Of a stretch of DNA of 64,000 nt, positions 13,207 through 25,479 are shown in pieces. The notes below the pieces were generated by a model. The model was not told where the DNA came from. It saw only the letters and a program-made list of their open reading frames with translations, and searched no databases. The first letter of the stretch is position 1. Every line of letters starts with the position of its first letter. Source of the DNA: Octopus sinensis (taxonomy: Eukaryota); contig NC_043016.1 in NCBI RefSeq assembly GCF_006345805.1, forward strand, positions 2,604,001-2,668,000, written 5' to 3'. The position numbers were made by a program, and so were the translations under genes.

Positions 13207-16200
13207 ATATATCAATGGTCTAAGTATATGCCTGGTCTAAGTATATACCTGGTCTAAGTATATCCATTGTCTAAGTATATCCCTTGTCTAAGTATATCCC
13301 TGGTGTAAGTATATCCCTTGTCTAAGTATATCCCTGGTCTAAGTATATCCCTGGTGTAAGTATATCCCTTGTCTAAGTATATCCCTGGTCTAAGTATATC
13401 CCTGGTGTAAGTATATCCCTGGTGTAAGTATATCCCTGGTGTAAGTATATCCCTGGTCTAAGTATATGCCTGGTGTAAGTATATCCTTGGTGTAAGTATA
13501 TCCCTTGTCTAAGTATATCCCTGGTCTAAGTATATCCCTGGTGTAAGTATATCCCTGGTGTAAGTATATCCCTGGTGTAAGTATATACCTGGTGTAAGTA
13601 TATCCCTGGTGTAAGTATATCCCTGGTGTAAGTATATCCCTGGTGTAAGTATATCCCTGGTCTAAGTATATGCCTGGTGTAAGTATATCCTTGGTGTAAG
13701 TATATCCCTTGTCTAAGTATATCCCTGGTCTAAGTATATCCCTGGTGTAAGTATATCCCTGGTGTAAGTATATCCCTGGTCTAAGTATATACCTGGTGTA
13801 AGTATATCCCTGGTGTAAGTATATCCGTGGTCTAAGTATATACCTGGTGTAAGTATATCCCTCGTCTAAGTATATCCCTGGTCTAAGTATATGCCTGGCA
13901 TAAGTATATCCCTGGTCTAAGTATATGCCTGGTGTAAGTATATCCCTGGTGTAAGTATATCCCTGGTGTAAGTATATCCCTGGTCTAAATATATGCCTGG
14001 TGTAAGTATATCCTTGGTGTAAGTATATCCCTGGTCTAAGTATATGCCTGGTGTAAGTATATCCCTGGTCTAAGTATATCCCTGGTTTAAGTATATCCCT
14101 TGTCTAAGTATATGCCTGGTGTAAGTATATCCCTGGTCTAAGTATATGCCTGGTGTAAGTATATCCCTGGTGTAAGTATATAACTGGTCTAAGTATATGC
14201 CTGGTGTAAGTATATCCCTGGTCTAAGTATATCCCTGGTCTAAGTATATCCCTGGTTTAAGTATATCCCTGGTCTAAGTATATCCCTGGTTTAAGTATAT
14301 CCCTTGTCTAAGTATATGCCTGGTGTAAGCATATCCCTGGTCTAAGTATATGCCTGGTGTAAGTATATCCCTGGTGTAAGTATATAACTGGTCTAAGTAT
14401 ATGCCTGGTCTAAGTATATCCCTGGTCTAAGTATATCCCTGGTCTAAGTATATCCCTGGTTTAAGTATATCCTTGTCTAAGTATATGCTGGTGTAAGTAT
14501 ATCCTTGGTCTAAGTATATGTCTGGTGTAAGTATATCTCTGGTGTAAGTATATCTCTGGTGTAAGTATATATCCCTGGTCTAAGTATATCCTGGTTTAAG
14601 TATATCCCTTGTCTAAGTATATGCCTGGTGTAAGTATATCCCTGGTCTAAGTATATGTCTGGTGTAAGTATATCTCTGGTGTAAGTATAACCCTGGTCTA
14701 AGTATATCCCTGGTCTAAGTATATCCCTTGTCTAAGTATATCTCTTGTCTAAGTATATCCCTTGTCTAAGTATATATCTGGTGTAAATATATCGCTGGTG
14801 TAAGTATATCTCTGGTCTAAGTGTATCCCTGGTCTAAGTATATCACTGGTCTAAGTATATCCCTTGTCTAAGTATATGCCTGGTGTAAGTATATCCCTGG
14901 TCTAAGTATATGTCTGGTGAAAGTATATCTCTGGTGTAAGTATATCTCTGGTGTTAAGTATATCCCTGGTGTAGTATATAACTGGTCTAAGTATATGCCT
15001 GGTCTAAGTATATCCCTGGTCTAAGTATATCCCTGGTCTAAGTATATCCCTGGTTTAAGTATATCCCTTGTCTAAGTATATGCCTGGTGTAAGTATATCC
15101 TTGGTCTAAGTATATGTCTGGTGTAAGTATATCTCTGGTGTAAGTATATCTCTGGTGTAAGTATATCCCTGGTCTAAGTATATCCCTGGTTTAAGTATAT
15201 CCCTTGTCTAAGTATATGCCTGGTGTAAGTATATCCCTGGTCTAAGTATATGTCTGGTGTAAGTATATCTCTGGTGTAAGTATAACCCTGGTCTAAGTAT
15301 ATCCCTGGTCTAAGTATATCCCTTGTCTAAGTATATCTCTTGTCTAAGTATATCCCTTGTCTAAGTATATATCTGGTGTAAATATATCGCTGGTGTAAGT
15401 ATATCTCTGGTCTAAGTGTATCCCTGGTCTAAGTATATCACTGGTCTAAGTATATCCCTTGTCTAAGTATATGCCTGGTGTAAGTATATCCCTGGTCTAA
15501 GTATATGTCTGGTGAAAGTATATCTCTGGTGTAAGTATATCTCTGGTGTAAGTATATCCCTGGTCTAAGTATATCCCTGGTCTAAGTATATCCCTGGTGT
15601 AAGTATATCCCTTGTCTAAGTATATGTCTGGTGTAAGTATATCCCTGGTGTAAGTATATCCCTGGTCTAAATATATCCCTGGTCTAATGTATATCAATGG
15701 TCTAAGTATATCCCTGGTGTAAGTATATCCCTGGTGTAAGTATATCCCTCGTCTAAGTATATCCCTGGTCTAAGTATATCACTGGTGTAAGTATATCCCT
15801 GGTCTAAGTATATCCCTGGTGTAAGTATATCCCTGGTGTAAGTATATCCCTCGTCTAAGTATATCCCTCGTCTAAGTATATCCCTGGTCTAAGTATATCC
15901 CTGGTGTAAGTATATCCCTGGTCTAAGTATATCAATGGTCTAAGTATATCCCTGGTCTATGTATATCCCTGGTGTAAGTATATCCCTCGTCTAAGTCTAT
16001 CCCTGGTCTAAGTATATCCCTGGTCTACGTATATCAATGGTCTAAGTATATCCCTGGTCTATGTATATCCCTGGTGTAAGTATATCCCTCGTCTAAGTAT
16101 ATCCCTCGTCTAAGTATATCCCTGGTCTAAGTATATCCCTGGTCTACGTATATCCCTCGTCTAAGTATATCCCTCGTCTAAGTATGTCCCTGGTGTAAGT

Positions 16201-16378
16201 ATATCCCTCGTCTAAGTATATCCCTCGTCTAAGTATATCCCTGGTCTAAGTATATCCCTGGTCTACGTATATCAATGGTCTAAGTATATCCCTGGTCTAA
16301 GTATATCCCTGGTGTAAGTATATCCCTCGTCTAAGTATATCCCTGGTCTAAGTATATCCCTGGTCTAAGTATATCAAT
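13207..16378. repeat. 17-bp minisatellite, about 186 units, consensus GT(C/G)TAAGTATATCCCTG
   Basis: Continuous tandem array of about 3170 bp with variant units (GCCTGG, CCCTTG, CCCTCG, CAATGG, TAACTGG). Confidence 0.98.
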
Positions 16379-16851
16379 AGTTACTTATCATCGACAAACC
16401 GTAGAAGAGAAACTAAAACCGACATCGGTGGAATTTGAAGAGAAAACATTAAAATGAGATAAATGAATAGAGTAAGATAGTATGATTGTGGTTATGAGGT
16501 TCACTGAGCAGTCACTTGGTTCCAGTTTCCATTCCACTACGTGTTGACAGAAATTTTCTACCGCAGCTTTGATGATCGCGAATATCTTATAAGTGAGATT
16601 TGAGGAAATTGTATTGAAGCTTTTTATGTGAAGCTGTGTAAGTGTACGTATGCGAATGTATTTGTGTGCGCATTGGAGTTTGTATTGGATATGTGCGTGT
16701 GTATATATTCTTACTTGAATGTGTGTATGAGTATGCATACTCATGTGTATGTGTGTGTATCGTTTTCAATGAATTTTATAAACATCACAAAGTTAGCACA
16801 CACACACACGCGCACATATATTGTGAAATTTTGCATATGGAAAATATAGAA

Positions 16852-16897
<46 letters not shown>

Positions 16898-17643
16898 ACC
16901 AACGAACACAACGGATTTCAATAATATGCACCAACCGAATTTTACTTACAAAGTAAGTAAAATAGAAGACACTTGTCCAAAGTGCTATCAAGACAAATTG
17001 ACCCTGAAGCCAGTGGCCCAGAAACGAACTTCTTAACCATCCTTGCCCCTATAAAATTAACACATAACCGAAGAATCATTGTCATCGTTATCGGTGCAGC
17101 AGACGACATCGTCGTCATTGTCTTCAGCGTTGGCGTTGTCGTCACCGTAAAAACGATCTTTTACTCTCTGTCTCATGTCGCAGAACATGACAGGATTTGA
17201 AGTTGGAAAATAAATCTGAAATGCTGAAATAAGCAATATTTTTGACTCTCGAATGAATGTTTGATTAAATCCCATTGCACAGCACTTTGAGCAAGTGTTT
17301 TCTACTGTAGCCCCTAAAGCCTACCAATGCTTTGTAAGTGAATTTCATAACTGTGCAGAAGCCCGTCCTATCACCTCCAACAATTAACTCAAATAGCTCT
17401 AAACCGTACGGTCTGGTGGTCCTGTCACTGGAAATAGTAGTAGATCTCTCCCCTGCTTGCAATATATACCGGTTGCAGATTGCATCGAATAACCAGCTGG
17501 AGGAGGCTTTCTCCTGGGGTTAAAATAGCAGTAACGTCAGTTGTTACGGAACAGCCATATTGAAGTGGTAATAAACGTTACTTCTCAGCTGAGTTACTAC
17601 TTTCATCTTTTTTAGAGATTTTCTAATTAGCCAAATTGCTTGT

Positions 17644-17676
<33 letters not shown>

Positions 17677-18513
17677 TTGTGTTGTGTGTGTGCGCGTGTG
17701 CGTGTGTGCGCGTGTGCGTGTGTGCGTGTGTGTCTGTGTGTGCATATATTTATGCATATATGTGTGTGTGTGTGTGTGTGCATATATGTATGCATATGTG
17801 TGTGTGCGCATATGTATGCATATAACTATGTGTGCATATATGTATGTATATATGTATATTTTTATATATACATGTATATGTGTGTGTACTTTTGTACTTG
17901 CACACAAACCGCTGACAATGGGTGTTTCTTGTTTACGTCACCGTAGCTTAGCGGTTTGGCTGATGATATCGGAAAAGTAAATAGCAAACTTTAAAAAGAA
18001 GAAAGTTCTAATGCTTCAGAATGGAAGAAAACAAGTAGAAGAGCAAAAGCTGAATAACAAGATTTGATAAATTCTTGGAACCATAGCAGTATCACAACAG
18101 AACATTTTTGTTGATACACTTAAGGAAAATGCAAAGATGTCTCTCCGGTAATCATGTAATAAAATCCGCGGTTACTTTAAGATGCTGGATTCTTTTTGTA
18201 AATCTCTTGTGGAAGTAAAGTTTGATAAATATCAAAATAGAGATATATGTGTTTATATGTTCCGTTGAAGTTGGTCAAAAAGTAGGGCTCGTTTTTATAC
18301 GGTTTCTTTTTCAGTTGTTTATCTTCGATGGCTTGTCACTCTGCTCTTATTTGAAGAATTTATATCTTCAGTGCATTTAGGTTCATATATACATGTGTAT
18401 GTATGTGTGTTTGTGCTTTTATGTGTTCATGTATGCATATATGTATACATTTACATATGGGTGTACATATATAGTTATATATATATATCTGTGTGTGCGT
18501 ATGTATGAGTGTT

Positions 18514-18553
<40 letters not shown>

Positions 18554-18999
18554 TGTGTGTTTCTGTTTCTATATGTGTTTATTTGTGTGTATATTTGTAT
18601 TTGCTTTAGAAAAATATCGTTGGAAATAAGTAAAAAAATGCAACACACTTCCTTGCCGTTGCCTTGTGTCCAAATACTATTTGTGAAGTTCAGAAATGTA
18701 GGAAAGATAGTGTGGTGTATGGATGCGTTTTTGTGAGTGTACATGGTTTGAAGTAAGGCAGAAGTTGAAAGATACACAATGCCAACGAGCGTTCTACGTG
18801 TAATAGATTATCCATTGCACCAATAAGAAAAAACTATGCAAAAACCTAAAGATTTTTGATATTTTTTTTAAACTGTCATGTTTACAGAAGATGCATTCGA
18901 GTCTCACTGGGAACTTTCAACCTTTTGTATCGAAAGGGTTTTTCAACCCAATATTTACGTGGTGTTATTTATGGCATTTTTTAAAGGTAGCAAGTTAGC

Positions 19000-19215
19000 A
19001 GCATCATTATTAGTAAGCTAGACAAAATGCTTAATGGCAGCCCGTCCGGTTTTCGTTCGGAGATCAAATTCCGTCCGCAAGGGTCAACTTCGCCGTTGAC
19101 CCCTTCGAGGTCGATAAACTAATTACCAATTGAGTACTGGGGTTCGGTGCAATCGACTTACCCTTCACCCCTGAAATTCTAGGCCTTGTGCTTTTTGAAG
19201 GAAGGATTATTTATT
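19000..19215 (+). mobile_element. SINE family B copy (diverged)
   Basis: CAAATTCCG...GGGTCAACTTCGCC...CCCTTCGAGGTCGATAAA..TACCAATTGAGTACTGGGG; tail GGCCTTGTG...GAAGGATTATT. Confidence 0.6.
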
Positions 19216-21607
19216 GCTGTTTTTCCTACGGTTCTGCAGTGAGAAATGAATTATTTCATTATTTTAAAATTCTTATGATGTAAATATCTTAGTTCTAAAA
19301 ATGCTTTGGGGTTGATGTAATCGACTACACCCCTCCCCACCAAAAAATTCCAGGGCTTGTGCCTATAGCAGAAAGGAGTATAAACCAATGCTGCATTATA
19401 AACCAGTATTTCTGTTAAATGGTAAGTACTTTGGTCTGAAGGTTAGTGTAAGGACCTGTAAGATCGAATCTTGTCGACGGAGAATACGGTAGACCACTGG
19501 CGTATACTGAATACCGCTCTGCAATTTTCAGCTTTCTATTCCTGATTTCGAAACTGTGTTAACTGATTTGGCATTGATTCACGCTTTTTTGTTGTAGTTA
19601 TTTGCTCCAGGATCAACTCTACAATGAGCAGAGTTTTGCAGACATATGATCAAAGACATCCTAGTTCTGACTAACTTACCTTTTTATCTGGTATAATATC
19701 TAGATCCATGTTGTCCAATATGGCCTGCCTCTCTTATACCGATTGGGAATAATTTAAGAAAGATTTGACTGTTGTATCGAAGAAGTCGAGTGACATAGAT
19801 AGAGCTATTTCAGTAGCTCACCACCACATGAAAGCTCCTTAAATAGTTCCTATAAGTATCAGCAATACATACAGACATCTACCACCATTTCTTCAACCTC
19901 CACCTTCTAAGAGACAAAAGGATGGCGCCGATAAAGTTCCTAACTAGATGCTTCTACGTTTCCTCTCCTGATATTAATGCTACCTGATCCTGTTTAACGA
20001 GGTGATAATAAGCTTTCACTTTGCACGGTACAACGAATAGATGTGTTTTTGCAAATTTCGAAACTGTTTCTTTAGCCAGAAAATTGCATAATGGGTATTG
20101 TCAGGGGTGGGCTTTCTTTTTATTTCAATTCTTATCGGTCCAAAAATTTACCTCCTTTCTTCTTTAACTGAAGAAAGACTAATGTTCGAAGCGTTGTGCT
20201 TTTGATTCTGCATATGAAATTAACTAACTTCATCTTCATTTTATATACGAAATTTTACACTACGTGATACTGGCACTTTTATTTCTGCAACTCGCGACCA
20301 AATGTTTTATTAATTAAGTCAAGTTATTTTTTTCTCATATCAGGACAAGTCCATAAATGCCACGGTGCAAAAGAGTATATTTCAATGAGTCACATGCTGA
20401 CTACGCTTGTCTGGTTTTTCTTCTCTTGTGTGTGATTGAAGTGGGCGGTGGAGGTTAGACTATTGATTTGCTCTATAAGACAAATCATTATTTTGCAGAA
20501 AAATTTTGTCGACTGAATTAATCAGAAAGTGGTACATACTAGCTATATAAATAGAAAAAAACAAAGACACCATATGAAGGAACCTTCAAGAAAAATCATT
20601 AAGACGCTTAATAAATGTAAATTACAAGGTTATAGCGCCGTTGTTCTCACGATTCTGTCATATATTCCATCGTAAATAGTATTGTTTGGTAATATTGTTT
20701 AGCTACATTAGTACACATCGACTGACACCTAACCGATCATACTTCACCGAGAATGAAAAGCAAAGCCGAGACCTAATTGAAATCGTAAATTAGAAGCAGA
20801 GGAGTAAATGCTGTGACATAACTAACTCCTTACTTTTAGACTCCTTTTACTCTCAACGGCTTATGATACTCTTTTACACTTTTAACGGTTTCACTCGTTG
20901 GACACTTTTTTCTTTTCTTTTTTTTTTTTGAGAGCACAGTATTCAAAGAATTTAGCTGAACATTTAATCCATTTCTTAATTCAGTCTGGTATATGTTTCG
21001 TCATCCTCTAATTCTCGAAAGTGAAGTTACGTTTCGGAATTACGAATTTATACACGCACTCACACACTCACACATATTTATATACATATATATGTAGTTA
21101 ATCCAAACATGAAAATACAAAGAGAAAACACAACAATGCGAGGAGGTGGAACAAGTATAGTATTATTATACGCTCCGGAAAGAAGGAAAGAAGGAAGGTT
21201 TAACGTTTCGAGTTGAGCTCTTTGTCAGAAACATAGGAAAAGGAAAGATCCAAAGAAGGAAAGACGGAGGGAAAAAATCGCCAACGGTACACACGCGGTT
21301 ACATTTTGAATATGTATATATATATATATGTAATACATAGATGTATGCATACTTGCACACATGCACACACGTGTGTGGGTGTGGGTGTGTTGATATATCA
21401 GTGAGTGTACGTATAGTATGTATATTATATAAATGTAGGTGCTCCAGCGTGGCCACTGCTTTAGGGTTCAAACATGAAAACGAATAAAAGAATGCATACA
21501 CACACATACATTTATATATATATATATAATATATATATAATATATAATATATATATATATATTATATATATATATATATAATATATAATATATATATATA
21601 TATTACA

Positions 21608-21785
21608 GAGATGTACTTGCATAGCGAGTGACTTGATCTGAGATCGTGTGCTGGAACGAAAACAATTGCAGCGTGGAAGGTGTTTAGATTCACTTCAACA
21701 TTTAAATTTGATTTGTCAAAATATTTTCGTCGCTTTCAGACCGCGACCTGTTCACTGACAAAACTTCGTGCTGCATCTGAGAAAG
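21608..21785 (+). repeat. Interspersed repeat, left arm of an inverted pair (partner 24066-24259)
   Basis: GAGATGTACTTGCATAGCGAGTGACTTGATCTGAGATCGTGTGCTG...CAGACCGCGACCTGTTCACTGACAAAA; its reverse complement is at 24066-24259. Confidence 0.85.
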
Positions 21786-21809
21786 TAACAGTTAGTTCAT
21801 GATATATAT

Positions 21810-22070
21810 GTACGTATGTATGTATATGTAGTGTATGTATGTATGTATGTATGTATGTATGTATTTATGTATGTATGTATGTATGTATGTATGTATGTAT
21901 GTATGTATGTATGTATGTATGTATGTGTGTGTGTGTGTATGTATGCATGCATGTATGTATGTATGTATGTATGTATGTCTGTATGTATGTGCGTATGTGT
22001 GTACATGTATGTGTGCATGGCTACACGCATGTATGTACGTATGTACTTACGTATGTATGTGAGTATTTAG
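21810..22070. repeat. (TATG)n microsatellite
   Basis: Directly visible. Confidence 0.95.
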
Positions 22071-22254
22071 GAGGGTGTGTAGACGTGTTTGTGTGTGTGT
22101 ACATGTGTATGTATATGTGAACGTATGTTTCTGTAATGATATGTATCAGTTCAAGTTGTATACATGACTGTTACCTTGTTGAAGCTTGTATATATACACA
22201 CATACATTTATGTAGACACACACACACATACACACACACACACACATATATATA

Positions 22255-22440
22255 TATAAGGTTATATGTGCATATATGTATCTAAGACGTTATATCCATT
22301 CACCGTTAGACGGTGGTGAAAGGGACACACATATATATATATATATGTGTGTGTGTGTGTATGCGTTTGTCCCTCTCACCACCGTCTAACGGTGAATGGA
22401 TACAACGTCCTAGATACATATATGCACATATAACCTTATA
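22255..22440. repeat. 186-bp foldback (73-bp inverted arms, 40-bp microsatellite spacer), MITE-like
   Basis: 22255-22327 and 22368-22440 are reverse complements with 3 mismatches. Confidence 0.9.
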
Positions 22441-22930
22441 CGTATATACAAGTACACACAATCATATAGACACTTACATATACAAATATACGTATAATCT
22501 TAAAGTATACACACATATACGCTCATCCATCTCTACATACGTATATACATATACATATACACACACATACATATATATATATATACATATATATATATTT
22601 TTACTTACATACACACATATATATACATATATATATGACACTCTTTTCAAGGACAAACTTGCTTTATTTTCTTCTAGTTATCCTTTTTTTTTATTTTTAC
22701 ATGCATACATATATAATACATGTATATATATATTTACACATACTCATATGTGCATGCACGTACATACTTATACACTAACATACACAACACACAACACATA
22801 TATACACATACACACACTTATACATCTACACATACGTACATACATATCAAACAATGTACACTCGTACGGTTATATATAACTGCATATATGTATTTTAGTA
22901 CCATGCATTTCAACATGTATGCATGGATTA

Positions 22931-24050
22931 CTACATGTAAATGAGAGAGAGAGAGGGGGGGTTTAGAATGGTACTCCCGAGTGGAATCTGAATGTTACCC
23001 CATTCGAATTTTCGGTTGAGAGTGGGTTTGTATTCTTGTATACAGACAGCTTCCGTGACCTGTCTCAGCATTGCATCAGTGGGATGTGTGGATAAGATGT
23101 TTAACTTAAGTCTCCCTAAGGAGCCCTTGTGGCAGTCTACAGCATGCTGATAGAAGATGGAGTTTGGTTTCTTTTCGATGTAGTTGTCCAGGTGTTCTTT
23201 GAACCTATCATTGATACTCCTAGAAGTCTCACCTATGTATGACTCTGGGTTAGTCGCGCAAGCTCCTTCTTGGCACTTAATTTGGTATACAGTGCTCTTG
23301 GTTTTGCAGTTCACATGTGGGTTTGTAGAACATACGGCACAATTATTTCCACATGTGAATCTATCAAATGGATATGATCTACATAATACAGATTTGATAG
23401 TCCTACCTGTCTTTTCTACAACCTTGATCTTAAGGCCAGTTGTGTGCAGGATTTTCTTGAATGCCTTACACAATTCGTTCTTAGGTGTGGCGTCAACAAA
23501 CATTACACAGTGAAATTTCTTGTTATCATACCAAGTATTGGTTTTATTTCTCTTGTTGGTGTCTCTCTCTAACCTATTCCAGAACTTGTTGTGGTACAGG
23601 AGAGCATATACCGTTTTCGTCATCACTTAGAATGTGTTCGAATCTTGTTTTCGCTCCTTTGTACACTCTGATTCTGTAATATTGTGTGTATCCTGAGCGT
23701 TGCATTCGGAATATGAAGTGCTGGATGTGTTGTTGTCGTTCTTGTGGTTGGCATAGTGGAGATACATTCCTCATTACTCTAAATCTGCCACCAGGATGTT
23801 GAGCTTGGTAGTACTCGACATCGCTGAGTCACTACGGATTACCAGTGGATTAGCCATAGGTTTACAATAGTGTGAGTGGAGTATACAGGGTTTAACAGTT
23901 CCGTTAACCATAGTATTTTCCATCCACAGTTCAGTATCTAGGACAGGTAATCTATTACTGGGGTGTTTAGAGGGGTAGTCCACGGTAACTTTTATACTGT
24001 TATGAATAGAGTCAGCTATGTGTTGTATAGCTGTATATCTCTGTGTCTGT
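22931..24050 (-). mobile_element. Penelope-like element, 5'-truncated: RT C-terminal part, Cys-rich linker and GIY-YIG endonuclease
   Basis: IQHIADSIHNSIKVTVDYPSKHPSNRLPVLDTELW (late RT), CGNNCAVC...NC linker, VYQIKC...YIGETSRSINDRFKEH...HAVDCH...RQVTEAVCI...LNRKFEWG (GIY-YIG). The frame is broken near 23774 and ~23600. Confidence 0.92.
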
Positions 24051-24065
24051 CTTATTATTACATTT

Positions 24066-24259
24066 CACGAATTTTGTCAATGAACAGGTCGCGGTCTGAA
24101 AGCGTCGAAAATATTTTGACAAATTAAATTTAAATGTTGATGTGAATCTAACGGATTTTGTGTGTTTCTTAAATGACTTATAAACACCTTCCACGCTGCA
24201 ATTACTTTCGTTTCAGCACACGATCTCAGATCAAGTCACTCGCTATGCAAGTACATCTC
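24066..24259 (-). repeat. Interspersed repeat, right arm of the inverted pair, abutting the PLE 5' truncation
   Basis: Reverse complement of 21608-21785, with about 30 extra internal bases that the left copy lacks. Confidence 0.85.
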
Positions 24260-24260
24260 C

Positions 24261-24302
<42 letters not shown>

Positions 24303-24672
24303 TATATATATATAAATTTTTACCTTAATGTATATACACTCACACACTAGCACATGCATATTTACAAGAGCAAACGTCTTTAATAAATGGCAAAAGTTAG
24401 ATTAATGTAAAGACGGAGAATTTCCTGCCTTGGCACTTTTCAACGCAAATTTTGTGTTCTATTTTCCTGCTTGCATCTCCAAACGTGCATGCGTACATAC
24501 ATACAAAATATTATGAAAATAAAATAGCATATAATCGTAGAAATATAAATATATACGTCGATATCACCACGTTTGCTTACACCACACGCGCGTGTACATA
24601 GGTACACGCACACGCACACACATACACAGACACAAACCCACACATACACACACAAACACACACACATGAAAT

Positions 24673-24714
<42 letters not shown>

Positions 24715-25023
24715 AAAGATGAAGTGACAGGTCATAATATTAAAAGTTAATCGCTGTTTAAGCGCCTTTCTCGTCTTGCGGTAAAAGATATTGTCTCACA
24801 ACACTTTTCATCGCAGATTTTGGAATATGACTGCTAACTGAATTTCAAACTTCAGTTGTCCTTATGCGACTTAGATCCGAATGTGTAGATTGCTCGAGAC
24901 TGGATTTTAACTTGGAAAATTCTTATAATCAAAAGAAATACATATTTTACTTCAGGTTCATCAGTAGATGATAGTATGATTGCCAACTAGCTAGGGACAC
25001 ACAAATAACCAGTTAGAAAGAAT

Positions 25024-25128
<105 letters not shown>

Positions 25129-25479
25129 CTTTCTTTTATTAGCCACACAGGGTTGAGTACAGAGGGGACAAATACAAATGTAGAGCTTTTCTTTTCGAGA
25201 GTGGAAAAGAAAAAGGAAAATAAATGTAAGATTTCGATCAAAAGGGATCGAGAGAAAAAAAGAAAAGAAAAGGAATCGTGTATCACAGAAACACTTTTTT
25301 AAGAAAAAACATTGATAAAACAAGATTGGGTTCAAATGTAGGAAGAAAAGCCTACAGAAAAGACCACGGGAACCTCAGTCAGGGAGGAAATAACCACATG
25401 AGAGCAAAATTCTCTCTCTCTCTCTTTTTACGATTTACAGGATCATGCTCAAAATGGTTTCGTCACTCGCACGCACCAT

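Noticed and set aside
13207-16378. 17-bp array as a CRISPR array or coding repeat (ORF 15497-15697)
   Set aside because: No unique spacers, eukaryotic context, and a unit length not divisible by 3; the ORF is a chance translation.
17265-17523. Possible exon (acceptor-like TTTTAACCCCAG on the minus strand)
   Set aside because: No recognisable protein family in any frame and no clear donor.
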